A stretch of DNA of 64,000 bases from contig CAZKGO010000001.1 in assembly GCA_964552235.1 (NCBI GenBank), forward strand, positions 42,849-106,848. The letters run 5' to 3'. Under the pieces are notes generated by a model. It was given only the letters and a program-made list of their open reading frames with translations, did no database searches and was not told the origin of the DNA. Every line of letters begins with the position of its first letter. Position 1 is the stretch's first letter. Of the stretch, positions 29,987 to 39,092 are shown piece after piece. Both the position numbers and the translations under genes were made by a program. The stretch is from an uncultured Spirochaetales bacterium (GTDB lineage Bacteria > Spirochaetota > Spirochaetia > SZUA-6 > CAVTHK01).

Positions 29987-30766
29987 GTGTTTCGCCACTC
30001 GCTCACCCAGGCGATCGTCCTCCAGAGCCGGCAGTTCGGCGAAGCTAACAAGTCGGTGACGCTCTTCACGCCGGCCGACGGGCTGGTGACGGCGATCGCC
30101 CACGGCGCCAAGAAGATGGCCAGCCGTCTGCGCAGCACCACCGAGGTGTTCTGCCTCAGCCGCGTGTTCCTCTACCAGGACCCGGTCCGCCGCACGTACA
30201 AGATCACCGACATGGAAGGCCTGCGGCTGTTCGCCGGCATCAGGGCCAGCCTGGACCGCTACTACGCCGCGTCGCTGTGGGCGGAGCTGATCCTCAAGTC
30301 GTTCGCGGGAGGCGACAGCGCTGCACCGCTGTTCGGCCTGCTGCGGGAGAGCCTCTCGCTGTGCGAAGAGGCGTCGCCGCGGACCGTGGGCTGCCTGTCC
30401 CTCCAGTTCCTCTGGCGCTACCTGGTCCTGACCGGGCACGCGCCCGATCTCGAACGCTGCGGGGAGTGCGGTCGACCCGTCGCTATCGATGAGCCGCTCG
30501 CCCTCGAGGCGGCAGAGGGGGCGACCTTCTGCGCCTCCTGCGCAGGGCCGGCTGCGGCGGTGGTGCCTGCAGCCGCGCGCCGCTACCTCGCACACACGGC
30601 CGAGCTGCCGCTGGCCGACGCGCTGCGGGTGCGGCTGGAGCCCGCGTGCGAGCGCTCGCTGCGGGCGCTGCTCCTCGGATTGGTGCAGGGCGTGCTCGAA
30701 CTGCCGCTCGCCTCCCCCGCGGTGGAGGCCACGTCGGGCGCCCGGGCGGGCCGGAGGGGGGCGTGA
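29987..30766 (+). CDS. recO: DNA repair protein RecO
   Basis: N-terminal OB-fold pattern (AIVLQSRQFGEANKSVTLFT...G) and a C-terminal Zn-finger-like CGECG...CASC. Confidence 0.85.
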   Translation: MFRHSLTQAIVLQSRQFGEANKSVTLFTPADGLVTAIAHGAKKMASRLRSTTEVFCLSRVFLYQDPVRRTYKITDMEGLRLFAGIRASLDRYYAASLWAELILKSFAGGDSAAPLFGLLRESLSLCEEASPRTVGCLSLQFLWRYLVLTGHAPDLERCGECGRPVAIDEPLALEAAEGATFCASCAGPAAAVVPAAARRYLAHTAELPLADALRVRLEPACERSLRALLLGLVQGVLELPLASPAVEATSGARAGRRGA

Positions 30767-31311
30767 GGCTGTTCGCCGGGCTGCCGCTGCCGCAGCAGAC
30801 CGCCCTCGCGGTCGAGCGATGGACCGCCGACAGCCGCAGACGCTTTCCCCGGCTGGCGTGGGTGGCCGCCTCGCTGCTGCACATATCGCTGCACTTCTTC
30901 GGCGAGGTGGGCGACGAGCAGGCCCAGGCCCTGATCGAGGACCTGGGCGGGATGCAAGGGGCGCCGGTCAAGGCGCGCACCGGTCTGCTCGGCCGTTTCC
31001 CGCCGGGCCCGGGCGCCCCCGCGCGGGTGCTCTACCTGGCACTGGAGCAGGGGGCCGCGGGGGTCTGCGCGCTTCAGGCGCGCTACGCGTCCCGCATCGC
31101 GAGGCTCGGCTACCAGCCGGAGGGGCGGCCGTTCGTGCCCCACGTGACGCTGGCCCGCGTGCGCAGGCCGCAGCCCGGCCTCGAGAGCCTCTGCGGGGGG
31201 CCGCAGCTGGACTTTGTCTTGGATCGGCTGGTGCTCTACCAATCGGTCCTGAGGGCCGGGGGCCCCGAGTACCGGCCGCTGCGCACCGTGGCGCTGGAGG
31301 CTTCGCAGTGA
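30763..31311 (+). CDS. thpR: RNA 2',3'-cyclic phosphodiesterase (2H family, ThpR/LigT)
   Basis: Two HxT/S-x motifs (LHISLHF and PHVTLARV). Its GTG overlaps the recO stop (GTGA). Confidence 0.8.
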   Translation: MRLFAGLPLPQQTALAVERWTADSRRRFPRLAWVAASLLHISLHFFGEVGDEQAQALIEDLGGMQGAPVKARTGLLGRFPPGPGAPARVLYLALEQGAAGVCALQARYASRIARLGYQPEGRPFVPHVTLARVRRPQPGLESLCGGPQLDFVLDRLVLYQSVLRAGGPEYRPLRTVALEASQ

Positions 31312-32609
31312 GGGCGGTCGACCTGATCCGCCGCAAGCGCGACGGCGGCGCGCTCAGCGAAGCGGAAGTGCGCTTTTTCATCGAGGGGTACGTGCGCGGG
31401 GACATCCCCGACTACCAGGCGTCGGCGCTGCTCATGGCGGTGCTGTTCCGCGGCATGAGCGCGGCGGAGACCGGGTACCTCACCCGGGCGATGATCGACT
31501 CGGGAGAGGTGATCGACCTCTCCGATCTCGAGGGGCCCCTCATCGACAAGCATTCCACCGGAGGGGTGGGTGACAAGGTCTCGCTCGTGCTGGCCCCGCT
31601 GGCCGCCGCCTGCGGCCTCAAGGTTCCCATGATGAGCGGCCGGTCGCTGGGGCACACCGGCGGCACCCTGGACAAGCTGGAGGCGATTCCCGGCTACCGG
31701 ACGGACCTGTCGGTCGACCGGTTCCGCCGGTGCCTGAGGGAGGCGGGCTTTGCCATGATCGGGCAGAGCGAGCGGATCGTGCCCGCCGATCGCAAGATGT
31801 ACGCGCTGCGCGACGTGACGGCGACGGTGGAGTCGATCCCGCTGATCACCGCCAGCATCCTCTCCAAGAAGTTCGCCGAAGGCGCCCAGGGGCTCGTCTT
31901 CGACGTCAAGACGGGCGCCGGAGCCTTTATGCGCTCGCTCGCCGAAGCCGAGGCGCTGGCGGCGAGCCTCCACGCCGCGGGCACGGCCCTCGGCCGGAGG
32001 GTGGCCGCCGTGATCACGTCGATGGAGCAGCCGCTGGGAAGGACGGCGGGGAACCTGCTGGAGGTCCGGGAGGCGGTCGAGGCGCTCGAGGGCGGCGGCC
32101 CGCAGGACCTCAGGACGGTCACAGTCAGGCTCGCGGGCCACATGCTGAGGCTCGGCGGCCTGTGCGGGAGCGTCGAGGAGGGCGAAGGGCGGGCCAGGCG
32201 CGCGCTGGACGACGGCAGCGCGCGGGAGGCCTTTGCGCTCAACGTGCGCCTGCAGGGCGGCGACCTCGAGGCCGCGCTCGACCCCGCCAGGCGCGCGCCC
32301 GTGGTCGAGACGCTTCCGGCGCCCGGCGACGGCTTTGTCTCGCGCCTGGACGCCTTTGCGGTGGGCATGGCGACGGTGGCCCTGGGGGCCGGCCGCTCGC
32401 GGCAGGGGGACCCGGTCTTCGCCGACGTCGGCGTGGTAATGCACCGCAAGGTCGGCGAGCGGGTCCGCAGGGGGGAGCCGCTTGCCGAGGTTCACGGGCG
32501 CACCCGCGACGCCGTCGCCTCGGCCCTCGCCGGGCTTCGCTGCGCCTACGCGATCGGGGAGGCAGCGGCGTCCCCGCCTCCGCTGCTGCTGAGAGAGATC
32601 GGGGACTGA
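31308..32609 (+). CDS. pdp: Thymidine / pyrimidine-nucleoside phosphorylase
   Basis: DKHSTGGVGDK and SGRSLGHTGGTLDKLE are present. Its GTG overlaps the thpR stop. Confidence 0.9.
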   Translation: MRAVDLIRRKRDGGALSEAEVRFFIEGYVRGDIPDYQASALLMAVLFRGMSAAETGYLTRAMIDSGEVIDLSDLEGPLIDKHSTGGVGDKVSLVLAPLAAACGLKVPMMSGRSLGHTGGTLDKLEAIPGYRTDLSVDRFRRCLREAGFAMIGQSERIVPADRKMYALRDVTATVESIPLITASILSKKFAEGAQGLVFDVKTGAGAFMRSLAEAEALAASLHAAGTALGRRVAAVITSMEQPLGRTAGNLLEVREAVEALEGGGPQDLRTVTVRLAGHMLRLGGLCGSVEEGEGRARRALDDGSAREAFALNVRLQGGDLEAALDPARRAPVVETLPAPGDGFVSRLDAFAVGMATVALGAGRSRQGDPVFADVGVVMHRKVGERVRRGEPLAEVHGRTRDAVASALAGLRCAYAIGEAAASPPPLLLREIGD

Positions 32610-34708
32610 TGCGCTGGGACAAGCAGGCCGTGGACCCCACCGAGGTGCGCGAGGTGGCCTCGCGTCACGGCATCGACCTGATCAGCGCCACGGTGCTGCT
32701 GCGCCGGGGAATCACCGACGCCGCCGAGATCCGCCGGGTGCTCGAGGCCGATCCGCGCCTCCTGCACAACCCCTTTGCCTTTGTGGAGATGGAGGAAGCG
32801 GTCGACCGCATCAACGAGGCGATCGACGGGGGCGAGAAGATCTTTGTCTTCGGTGACCGCGACGTCGACGGTATCACCTCGACGGCTCTCCTGGTCGAGA
32901 GCCTGGCCGAGCTCGGCGCCCGGGTCGAGTGGGGGGTCCCGCTCGGCGACGACTCCTACGGGCTGCGCGCCGAGACCATCGAGGCGGTGCGCCGCAGCGG
33001 CGCCTCGCTGCTGATCACCGTCGACTGCGGGGTCTCGAGCATCGCCGAGATCGGGGCTGCGGCCGAGGCCGGCATCGACACGATCGTGGTCGATCACCAC
33101 CTTCCCCACGGCCAGGTGCCCGCGGTGTACGCCATGCTCAATCCCCGCGTCGAGGACTCGGGCTACCCCTTCGAGCACCTGTCCGCCTGCGCCGTTGCGG
33201 CCAAGCTGGCCTGGGCGCTGCAGCTGTCGCGCAAGGACCTCTACGGCCGGCCGGTGGTGCTGATGAACGTGCGGCCGCTCAACGAGGCGTACGAGGTCGA
33301 GGCTGTGCGCCTGGTCAACCTGCTCGAGCAGGAGCGCCTGCGCGAGAGCCACGTGCCGGGCATCGCCAGCCCCGAAGCCAGTCGTCTCGCCGCCTTCGCC
33401 TCGGGCTGCGAGCTCGTGGTCTACGACAAGGAGCAGGTGGGCAGGCATCTGGCCCGCTGCTTCGGCCGTCCCGTGGACCTCGAGGCCGCCACCGACCTGG
33501 CCCCCCTGGTGGCCGAGCAGTCGCCCGAGCTGGCGGGCAGGAGCCTGCTGCGGATCAAGGAGGCGAGGCCTTCGGCCGCCGGGACGGCGGAGATCGACGT
33601 GCTGCGCGACCTCTTTGTCGAGACCGCGTGGCGGAGCCTGGGGCTGCTCGAGGAGCTGGACCGGCGCCTCGACCTGGTGACGCTCTCGACTCTGGCGGAC
33701 AACATGCCGCTGCGGGACGAGAACCGGGTGCTGGTCAAGCGCGGGCTCGAGCGGCTTTCGGCCACGCGGCGGGTCGGCCTCCGGGAGCTGCTCCTGCAGA
33801 AGGGGCTGCACGGCGCCCGCCTCGACGCCAAGGCGGTGATGTGGCAGCTCACCCCGCTGATCAACGCCTCGGGCCGCATGGGCTGCCCGGATCGCGCGGT
33901 CCGGCTGCTTCTCGCCGCCGACCAGGCCGAGGCGGTGGAGCTCGCCCGATCCCTCGAGCGGCTCAACGAGCAGCGCAAGGGGCTCGAGGAGCGGGTCTGG
34001 GAGCAGGTGCTGTCGCAGGCCCGCGAGAGCCATCGCAGGGCCGACGGCCGGTTCGTGATGGTGGCCGATCCCGCCGTAAGCCGCGGGGTGACCGGCATAC
34101 TGGCGGCGCGCGTCGCGCGGCATTTCCGGGCGCCCGCCCTCGTGGCGGCCCGCCTCGGCGAGCGGATCGTGGCGTCGCTGCGCGGCAACCGGCGAGTCCA
34201 CCTCAAGGCCTTCCTCGACCGGTTCGCCGACCTGTTCACCGACTACGGCGGCCACGACTTTGCGGCCGGCTTCAACATGCCCGCGGCCAACCTCGCGGAG
34301 TTCGAGCGGCGGTTCTACGAGACCGCGCTCGGGATGGAGGTCGAGGAGGCCGCCGAGGACGTGGTCCGGGTGGACGCCGAGATCCCCCACCGCTACCTGA
34401 CGCCGGAGCTGTTCCGGGTCGCCGAGCGGTTCGAGCCCTACGGCGAGGCGAACCCGCCGCTGGTGTTCCTCACCCGGCGGCTGCGCGTGGTGCAGTGCGA
34501 GGCTGTCGGGCGCAAGGGCGCGTCGCACGCGCGGCTGCTGCTGGCCAGCGACCAGCACAAGTGGCCGGCGATCTGGTGGGAAGCCGCCGACAGGCTCGGC
34601 AAGGAGCTGGTGCCCGACGCGTTGCTGGACGTAGTGTACCGCCTGTCGCGCAACGAGTGGCGCGGCCACCAGAGGCTGCAGCTGACGATTCTGGACGTGA
34701 GACGATGA
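32609..34708 (+). CDS. recJ: Single-stranded-DNA-specific exonuclease RecJ
   Basis: DHH motifs (FGDRDVDGITS, TVDCG, VVDHH) and DHHA1 (GGHDFAAG). Its ATG shares one nt with the pdp stop (TGATG). Confidence 0.9.
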   Translation: MRWDKQAVDPTEVREVASRHGIDLISATVLLRRGITDAAEIRRVLEADPRLLHNPFAFVEMEEAVDRINEAIDGGEKIFVFGDRDVDGITSTALLVESLAELGARVEWGVPLGDDSYGLRAETIEAVRRSGASLLITVDCGVSSIAEIGAAAEAGIDTIVVDHHLPHGQVPAVYAMLNPRVEDSGYPFEHLSACAVAAKLAWALQLSRKDLYGRPVVLMNVRPLNEAYEVEAVRLVNLLEQERLRESHVPGIASPEASRLAAFASGCELVVYDKEQVGRHLARCFGRPVDLEAATDLAPLVAEQSPELAGRSLLRIKEARPSAAGTAEIDVLRDLFVETAWRSLGLLEELDRRLDLVTLSTLADNMPLRDENRVLVKRGLERLSATRRVGLRELLLQKGLHGARLDAKAVMWQLTPLINASGRMGCPDRAVRLLLAADQAEAVELARSLERLNEQRKGLEERVWEQVLSQARESHRRADGRFVMVADPAVSRGVTGILAARVARHFRAPALVAARLGERIVASLRGNRRVHLKAFLDRFADLFTDYGGHDFAAGFNMPAANLAEFERRFYETALGMEVEEAAEDVVRVDAEIPHRYLTPELFRVAERFEPYGEANPPLVFLTRRLRVVQCEAVGRKGASHARLLLASDQHKWPAIWWEAADRLGKELVPDALLDVVYRLSRNEWRGHQRLQLTILDVRR

Positions 34709-35652
34709 AAGCGATTCTCGCTGCGGCTGCTCTGGCGGCCGCGTTGTCCGCCGCCCACGCCATCGACGTGGCCGACTCGATCGCGCCGGGGAGCCCGCTC
34801 ATCGGCACCCTCGAGGGCGAGTCGGAACGGTCGCTGCTGCTGGCGCCGGTCGAGCTGCGCGCGCGTGAGGGAGGGCACGTCGTGGCGGACAGCCGGCTGT
34901 TCCGGATCCGGGGCCTGCGATACGGCTTCCTCCTGGGCGTGCCTCCGGGCCTTCCCCCGGGATCGTACGTGGTGCGTTCGGCCGGCGAGGAGGCCCCGGT
35001 GCAGGTGGTTCCGCGCGCTTTCCGCCTCGAGAAGATCAGGCTCGACGCCATGCTGAGCGATCTCGTGACCAGGGTCGACCCGGTCAAGGAGGCGGAGAAC
35101 CTCGAGCTCGAGCGGCTGCTCTCGGGCTTCGACGTGGAGGCCCTGTGGCACTTCGGGGACTTCGTTCTGCCGGTCGCCGACACCCGCAGGACCTCGCTGT
35201 ACGGCGACGAGCGGGAGTACCTGCTCGCCGACGGCGGCGTCCTCGTCGGGATGCACCGCGGCGTGGACCTGGCGCACCCCGCCGGCACTCCCGTGGTCGC
35301 GGCGGCTGCCGGGCGAGTGGCGATGGCGAAGGCCCGCGTCATGAGCGGCAACACCGTGGTGATCGAGCACCTGCCGGGGCTCTATTCGCTGTACTTCCAC
35401 CTTGCCGACCTCGACGTCTCGGTCGGAGACCGGGTCAAGACCGGCGACCGCATCGGCACGGTCGGAGCCACGGGCCTGGCGACCGGGCCTCACCTCCACT
35501 GGGAGGTTCGCGTCTCGAGGATCGCCGTCGACCCGCAGACGCTGCTGGCGGGCACGGCTGCGGACGGCGTCGAGGCGCGGGGCGGGCAGGTTGACACGGC
35601 CGGTCTCGGGGCTATAATGGCTGCCACTGCAGCAAGCGAGGAAGGGAGGTGA
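34705..35652 (+). CDS. Secreted M23-family (LytM-type) peptidoglycan endopeptidase
   Basis: Signal peptide, HRGVDLA and GPHLHWEV motifs are present. Its ATG overlaps the recJ stop (ATGA). Confidence 0.85.
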   Translation: MKAILAAAALAAALSAAHAIDVADSIAPGSPLIGTLEGESERSLLLAPVELRAREGGHVVADSRLFRIRGLRYGFLLGVPPGLPPGSYVVRSAGEEAPVQVVPRAFRLEKIRLDAMLSDLVTRVDPVKEAENLELERLLSGFDVEALWHFGDFVLPVADTRRTSLYGDEREYLLADGGVLVGMHRGVDLAHPAGTPVVAAAAGRVAMAKARVMSGNTVVIEHLPGLYSLYFHLADLDVSVGDRVKTGDRIGTVGATGLATGPHLHWEVRVSRIAVDPQTLLAGTAADGVEARGGQVDTAGLGAIMAATAASEEGR

Positions 35653-35658
35653 TGCGCA

Positions 35659-35874
35659 ATCGCCTACATCGAAGTCGGTGAAGACGAGGCGCTCGAGAGG
35701 GCGCTGAAGCGCTTCAAACGGCAGGTCGAGAAAGAAGGCATCATCCGCGAGTGGAAGAAGCGGGAGTTCTACGAGAAGCCCTCGGCCCTGAAGAACCGCA
35801 AAAAGAAGGCCCTGGAGCGCAAGATCCTGAAGAAGCTCCGCAAGATGACCACGCACCGCAGGCCGGGCCGCTGA
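35659..35874 (+). CDS. rpsU: 30S ribosomal protein S21, apparently initiated at ATC
   Basis: Not in the ORF track. Translation reads (I/M)[50 protein letters not shown]..., a typical S21. In frame the codons run TGA-TGC-GCA-ATC, so no ATG/GTG/TTG is available. GGGAGGT lies 9 nt upstream. Confidence 0.8.
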   Translation: MAYIEVGEDEALERALKRFKRQVEKEGIIREWKKREFYEKPSALKNRKKKALERKILKKLRKMTTHRRPGR

Positions 35875-35896
35875 CGCCGGGTTACGGGTTACGGAA

Positions 35897-35934
35897 GCGG
35901 GCCCGATCGCCGCAGCGCCGGCGGCCGGGCCCGC
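35897..35934. terminator. GC-rich hairpin between convergent rpsU and the acyl-CoA ligase gene
   Basis: GCGGGCCCG (35897-35905) pairs with CGGGCCCGC (35926-35934). The loop is long (20 nt) and there is no clear U-tract. Confidence 0.3.
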
Positions 35935-35955
35935 CGCATGTCCGGGGCGGTGCTC

Positions 35956-37857
35956 CTACCCGAGCAGCCTGTCGATCTGCTTTTTGTACTCCTCGGCGAT
36001 CACGTCGCGCTTGAGCTTGAGCGAGTGGGTCATTTCCCGGCCGATCTCGAAGGGCCGGTCGAGCAGCATCACGCGGAACACGCGCTCGAAGGGCTTGAAG
36101 CCCGTCTTGAGGTTGACGCGGGCGTCGATCTCGCTGCGGATGTGCTCGACGATCTCGGGACGCTCGATGAGCGATCGGGGACCGTTGCAGACGATGCCGT
36201 TCGTCTTTGCGAACTCCGCCAGCGCGTCGAAGTTCGGCACGACGATGGCCCCCAGGAATCGCTTGTCCTGGCCGATGACCATCACCTGGTCGATGTACTC
36301 CGACTCCAGAATCGTCTCCTCGATCGGCGTCGGCTCGATGTTCTCGCCGCCGAGCAGAACGATGGTCTCCTTTTTGCGGCCGATGATCTTGATCTCGCCC
36401 TTGCAGGTGAGCATGGCCAGATCGCCGGTGTCGAGCCACCCGTCGGGCGAGATCACCTTGGCCGTGAGATCCGGACGCTTGTAGTAGCCCTTCATCACGT
36501 TGGGGCCCCGCACGTGCAGCACGCCCTTCTGGCCGGGACCCACCACGGCCCCCTGCTCGTCGACGACCTTGATCTCCACCTCGGGCAGAGGCGCGCCGAT
36601 GGTTCCGGGCACCGGCGCGGCCGAAGAACGCACCGAGACGATGGGAGCCGCCTCGGTGAGGCCGTAGCCCTCCAGCAGGAGAATCCCGGCGGCCCCGAAA
36701 AAGGTGTCGACGTAGCGCGGCAGCGCGCCGCCGCCGGAGACGCCGAACCGGAAGCGGCCTCCGAGCCTGGCGCGAAGCTTGCTGAAGACCAGCGCCTGGC
36801 CGAGGGCGGCGAGCGGAGCGAGCAGCAGCAGGGGCACGGCTGCGATCGCAGCGTCGAGGATCCGGCTGCGGGGGCGGAACTGGGGCAGCAGCCCGCGGAA
36901 CATGGTGCGCAGCTTGGAGTGCGCCGTGCCGACCGCCACGAAAAAGTGGAAGAGCGCCTTCTTGATTCCGCCTTCCTTGGCGGCGTTGCGGTAGACCGCG
37001 GCCCGCACGCCTTCCCAGATGCGGGGCACCGACGGGAAGATCATGGGCCGCGCCTTGCCCATGTCCTCGAGGATCACGGTGCCGACCGGCTTGGAGTAGG
37101 CGATCGCGCAGCCGGCGAGAAACGCCACGTATTCCAGGGCCCGCTCGTAGGAGTGCCAGATCGGCAGCACGGAGAGGAACACGTCGCCCTTGCGGATGTC
37201 GAGCACGGCCAGCGGCGCCTTGTACTGGTGCAGGTAGTTGGCGTGCGTCAGCATGACGCCCTTGGGCTCGCCCGTGGTTCCCGAGGTGTAGATGATCGTG
37301 GCCAGCTCTTCGGACCTGCCCGCCTCCAGTTCCTCGTCGAAGCGCCGCGGAGACCCGGCGTCGAAGCGGCGGCCCGATTCGAGAATGCCCTCGAAGGTGA
37401 GAATGCGCACCCCCGACTCGCGCTCCGAGCTGCCCCGGAACTCGGGATCGATGACGATCAGGGCCTGCAGGAGCGGCAGGTCCTTCCTGCTGCCGAGGAC
37501 CTTGTCGAGCTGGGAGCGGTTCTCCACCAGGACGACGCGGCACTCCGAGTGCGCCAGGATGAACCGGACCTCGTCGGCGGTCGAGTCCGAGCCGCGCGGG
37601 ACGTCGGCGGCGCCGATGGACAGGAGCGCCAGGTCGGCGATGATCCACTCCTTGCGGTTGTCGCTGATGATGCCGACGTGGTCTCCGCGCTTGACGCCGA
37701 GGGCCAGCAGGCCGCAGCCGAACGCCCGCACGAGAGCCTGCAGCTGCCCCGCCGAGATTGCCTCGAAATCGCCGGCGGCGTTCTTGCTCAGCAGCATCGG
37801 CAGGTCCGGGTTGCGGTTGAAGTGCTCGTTGAACCTCTTTGCGATCGTGTCGCTCAT
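35956..37857 (-). CDS. Long-chain fatty-acid--CoA ligase (AMP-binding family)
   Basis: The AMP-binding signature IIYTSGTTGEPKGVMLTH, GYGLTE and GWLDTGD are present, at 633 aa. Confidence 0.85.
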   Translation of the reverse strand: MSDTIAKRFNEHFNRNPDLPMLLSKNAAGDFEAISAGQLQALVRAFGCGLLALGVKRGDHVGIISDNRKEWIIADLALLSIGAADVPRGSDSTADEVRFILAHSECRVVLVENRSQLDKVLGSRKDLPLLQALIVIDPEFRGSSERESGVRILTFEGILESGRRFDAGSPRRFDEELEAGRSEELATIIYTSGTTGEPKGVMLTHANYLHQYKAPLAVLDIRKGDVFLSVLPIWHSYERALEYVAFLAGCAIAYSKPVGTVILEDMGKARPMIFPSVPRIWEGVRAAVYRNAAKEGGIKKALFHFFVAVGTAHSKLRTMFRGLLPQFRPRSRILDAAIAAVPLLLLAPLAALGQALVFSKLRARLGGRFRFGVSGGGALPRYVDTFFGAAGILLLEGYGLTEAAPIVSVRSSAAPVPGTIGAPLPEVEIKVVDEQGAVVGPGQKGVLHVRGPNVMKGYYKRPDLTAKVISPDGWLDTGDLAMLTCKGEIKIIGRKKETIVLLGGENIEPTPIEETILESEYIDQVMVIGQDKRFLGAIVVPNFDALAEFAKTNGIVCNGPRSLIERPEIVEHIRSEIDARVNLKTGFKPFERVFRVMLLDRPFEIGREMTHSLKLKRDVIAEEYKKQIDRLLG

Positions 37858-37917
37858 GGGGGGCCTCCAAGACGCGATCGGATAGGCGTGGAGATTAGCA
37901 CCCGGCTCCGTGAGCTG

Positions 37918-38379
37918 TCAAACCGACGCTCGCCCTTGCTGCGGGCCGCTGCCTGTCGCGGACGCGCTGCCGACAAGGCACATCCACTCGGCCTCGGCCG
38001 CCAGCTCGTCGCCCACCCAGGCCTCGCCCTTCTGCCTGATCATCCGGGAGGAGATCCGCAGGTTGGTGATCACCAGGCGCACGGTGTCGCCGGGGCGCAC
38101 CGGCCTGCGGAACTTCACCTTGTCGACGGAGGCGAAAAAGAACAGCGCGTCGTCGCCGAGCTTGCCCATCGCCCGGACACCCGCTCCGCCGCACTGAGCC
38201 ATGGTCTCGACGAGGATCACGCCCGGAACGATCGGGTACCCCGGGAAGTGACCCTTGAAGAAGAACTCCCGTTCGGTGAACGTGCGGTAGCCGACAATCT
38301 GCTCCTCCGTCGTGGTTTCCAGGCGATCGACGAACAGGAACGGCTCGCGGTGGGGCAGGAGGCTCTTGATGTCGTGCAT
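37918..38379 (-). CDS. fabZ: 3-hydroxyacyl-ACP dehydratase FabZ
   Basis: LPHREPFLFVDR and GHFPGYPIVPGVILVETMAQ hot-dog motifs are present. Confidence 0.85.
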   Translation of the reverse strand: MHDIKSLLPHREPFLFVDRLETTTEEQIVGYRTFTEREFFFKGHFPGYPIVPGVILVETMAQCGGAGVRAMGKLGDDALFFFASVDKVKFRRPVRPGDTVRLVITNLRISSRMIRQKGEAWVGDELAAEAEWMCLVGSASATGSGPQQGRASV

Positions 38380-38405
38380 CTCTTTCTCCTTGGCGGCGAG
38401 CCGCC

Positions 38406-38434
38406 AATTTAGGCCCGGCCTCCTCCGATGTCAA
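38406..38434 (-). promoter_or_regulatory. sigma70-type promoter for fabZ and the acyl-CoA ligase gene
   Basis: On the minus strand: TTGACA (38434-38429), a 17-nt spacer, then TAAATT (38411-38406). The leader carries AAGGAG. Confidence 0.6.
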
Positions 38435-38453
38435 CCGATGCGGCGCTTTGTCG

Positions 38454-39092
38454 CTACCCTCCCTGCCTCCAGGCCAGGACCGCGAAGTTGTAGAGGGCAT
38501 GGGCCAGCGCCAGGCCGTGAACGCTGCGCCCGCGCAGCAGCAGGACGCCGAAGGCGACCGCCTGCAGCATGGCGAGCGCCACTGCCGCGGGGCCCTGGTA
38601 CAGGTGTCCGAATCCGAAAACGAGCGCCGCGAGCGCCACCGCGGCCGCCGCGGGCAGGCCGAGGGCGGCGAGCCGGGTGACCAGATAGCAGCGGTAGAAC
38701 AGCTCCTCGCGGTAGCCGGCGACCAGCGAAAGGAGTGCGAACCCCGCCGGCGTCGAGGCGGCCGTAGGCGCAATCCGCGGTTCCAGGACGCGCTGCACCG
38801 GCTCCGGCAGCCGCGAAATCGTCCAGCCCATCGCCGAGGAGACGGCGAGCAGGGCGGCCGCAGCCGCGATCGCCGCCCCCAGGTCGGCGGCCGTGGGTCG
38901 GCGCACACCGCAGGCTGCCAGCGCGCCGGGACCCCGCCCGCCCATGATGTGGAGGAGCAGGAGCGCCTGGAACGAGGCGACGACCGCCGGCAGGAGCAGC
39001 CCACCGCCCGACGGATCGGCGGCAGGAGCGATGTAACCCGGCAGGAACAGCGCGGCGAAGACCAGCAGGATCTCCGCCAGATCGCGCGTCAA
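38454..39092 (-). CDS. CPBP-family intramembrane glutamic endopeptidase (CAAX protease-like)
   Basis: YREELFYRCYL (EExxxR), FGFGHLYQG and HALYNF motifs on a multi-TM body. The TTG at 39092 overlaps the upstream stop (TTGA). An alternative ATG at 39170 exists. The listed 412-aa version is mostly Arg-rich shadow. Confidence 0.7.
   Translation of the reverse strand: MTRDLAEILLVFAALFLPGYIAPAADPSGGGLLLPAVVASFQALLLLHIMGGRGPGALAACGVRRPTAADLGAAIAAAAALLAVSSAMGWTISRLPEPVQRVLEPRIAPTAASTPAGFALLSLVAGYREELFYRCYLVTRLAALGLPAAAAVALAALVFGFGHLYQGPAAVALAMLQAVAFGVLLLRGRSVHGLALAHALYNFAVLAWRQGG

Noticed and set aside
35879-35894. GGGTTAC GGGTTAC tandem (telomere-like) after rpsU
   Set aside because: Only two copies in a GC-rich terminator region, with no further repeats.
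35882-38412. 662-aa minus-strand ORF (other frame) and 824-aa plus-strand ORF overlapping the acyl-CoA ligase and fabZ genes
   Set aside because: Only the 35956-37857 frame carries the AMP-binding signature. The others are Arg/Gly/Pro-rich shadows.
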